From the NCBI GenBank assembly GCA_947643405.1, contig CANRVY010000004.1, forward strand, positions 244-64,243: a stretch of DNA of 64,000 nt, read 5' to 3'. A program made the translations under genes and the position numbers. Each line of letters opens with the position of its first letter. Position 1 is the stretch's first letter. Below the pieces are notes generated by a model that did not search any database, was not told the origin of the DNA, and saw nothing but the letters and a program-made list of their open reading frames with translations. The stretch comes from an uncultured Mycoplasmatota bacterium. GTDB taxonomy: Bacteria; Bacillota_I; Bacilli_A; RF39; UBA660. Of the stretch, positions 63,378-64,000 are shown in pieces.

Positions 63378-64000
63378 ATGAAATGGACTAGAAAAGAGAA
63401 TTTATTCCCCTTTACAGAAAATAACAAGCGTTATCATACGTTAGATTATTTTTACAAAAAAGAATTTCACTCAAAAATTTTTAAAGTCAGTTTAAATGCT
63501 GGTTTTACTTGTCCAAATATTGATGGAACAGTTGGTACTGGAGGATGCATTTATTGTTCCCATTTGGGAAGTGGAGACTTTGCTGGAAATGAACAAGATG
63601 ATTTAATCACTCAATTTGAACAGGTTAAAAATACAGTTTGTAAGAAATGGCCAAACAGTAAGTACATTGGATATTTTCAAGCACATACCAATACTTATGC
63701 AGATATTGATACATTAAAAGAAAAGTATGAATCAATTTTAAAGTTAAAAGATGTTGTTGGACTTTCTATCGCTACAAGAGCTGACGCCATCACGGAGGAA
63801 TGCCTCACTTATTTAGAAGAGCTATCAAAGAGAACTTTTTTAACGGTTGAATTAGGACTCCAAACCATTCATGAAGAAACTTCAAAATTAATTAATCGTT
63901 GTCATACTTTAGAGTGCTTTGAACATATGGTTTTTGAACTTCGTAAGCGAAACATCAATGTTGTTGTTCATATCATGAATGGCTTACCTAATGAAACCAA
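63378..64000 (+). CDS. TIGR01212 family radical SAM protein (YtqA-like), runs off window
   Basis: KRYHT, KVSLNAGFTCPNIDGTVGTGGCIYC, YFQAHTNTY, VELGLQTIH. Confidence 0.92.
   Translation, partial: MKWTRKENLFPFTENNKRYHTLDYFYKKEFHSKIFKVSLNAGFTCPNIDGTVGTGGCIYCSHLGSGDFAGNEQDDLITQFEQVKNTVCKKWPNSKYIGYFQAHTNTYADIDTLKEKYESILKLKDVVGLSIATRADAITEECLTYLEELSKRTFLTVELGLQTIHEETSKLINRCHTLECFEHMVFELRKRNINVVVHIMNGLPNET

Noticed and set aside
1-64000. CRISPR array, cas genes, reverse transcriptase, IS transposase, integrase, rRNA/tRNA genes
   Set aside because: No regularly spaced repeats or corresponding protein/RNA motifs were seen by eye.
1-64000. Mycoplasma-type recoding (UGA=Trp)
   Set aside because: Long genes are open under the standard code, use TGG for Trp, and several end at TGA.

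Overview
Low-GC, standard-genetic-code chromosomal segment of a reduced-genome Firmicute. It looks Bacilli RF39-like (inference from gene style; FemAB and M23 genes imply a cell wall). Almost all genes are on the minus strand. The core content is recG, smc, a CotH-VTC-DUF4956-NAGPA operon, an RNase R paralog, a ZIP transporter, a P-type ATPase, 6S RNA, prs, T-box-aspS, topA, an acyl-CoA dehydratase activase cluster, femAB, rpsL-rpsG-fusA-tuf, nrtR, rpoBC, rplK-A-J-L and secE-nusG. There are two accessory islands: 1-4690 (DUF1016 x2, HEPN, serine hydrolase, frameshifted XRE regulator) and 57746-60975 (RhuM/Nudix modules). Three unexplained signals stand out. (1) Two promoter-to-terminator ~100-nt non-coding RNAs flank recG, share a hairpin-hairpin-C-rich-terminator layout and have a 10-nt mutual complementarity. 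(2) An integrase-less 2.4-kb HEPN+DUF1016 cassette appears inserted at the C-rich motif of one of these RNAs, with att-like cores, arm-like repeats and a replacement terminator, in tandem with a second such element. (3) Palindromes lie inside the coding sequence of DUF1016 and RhuM genes, and stand-alone palindromes sit just upstream of genes of the same families.
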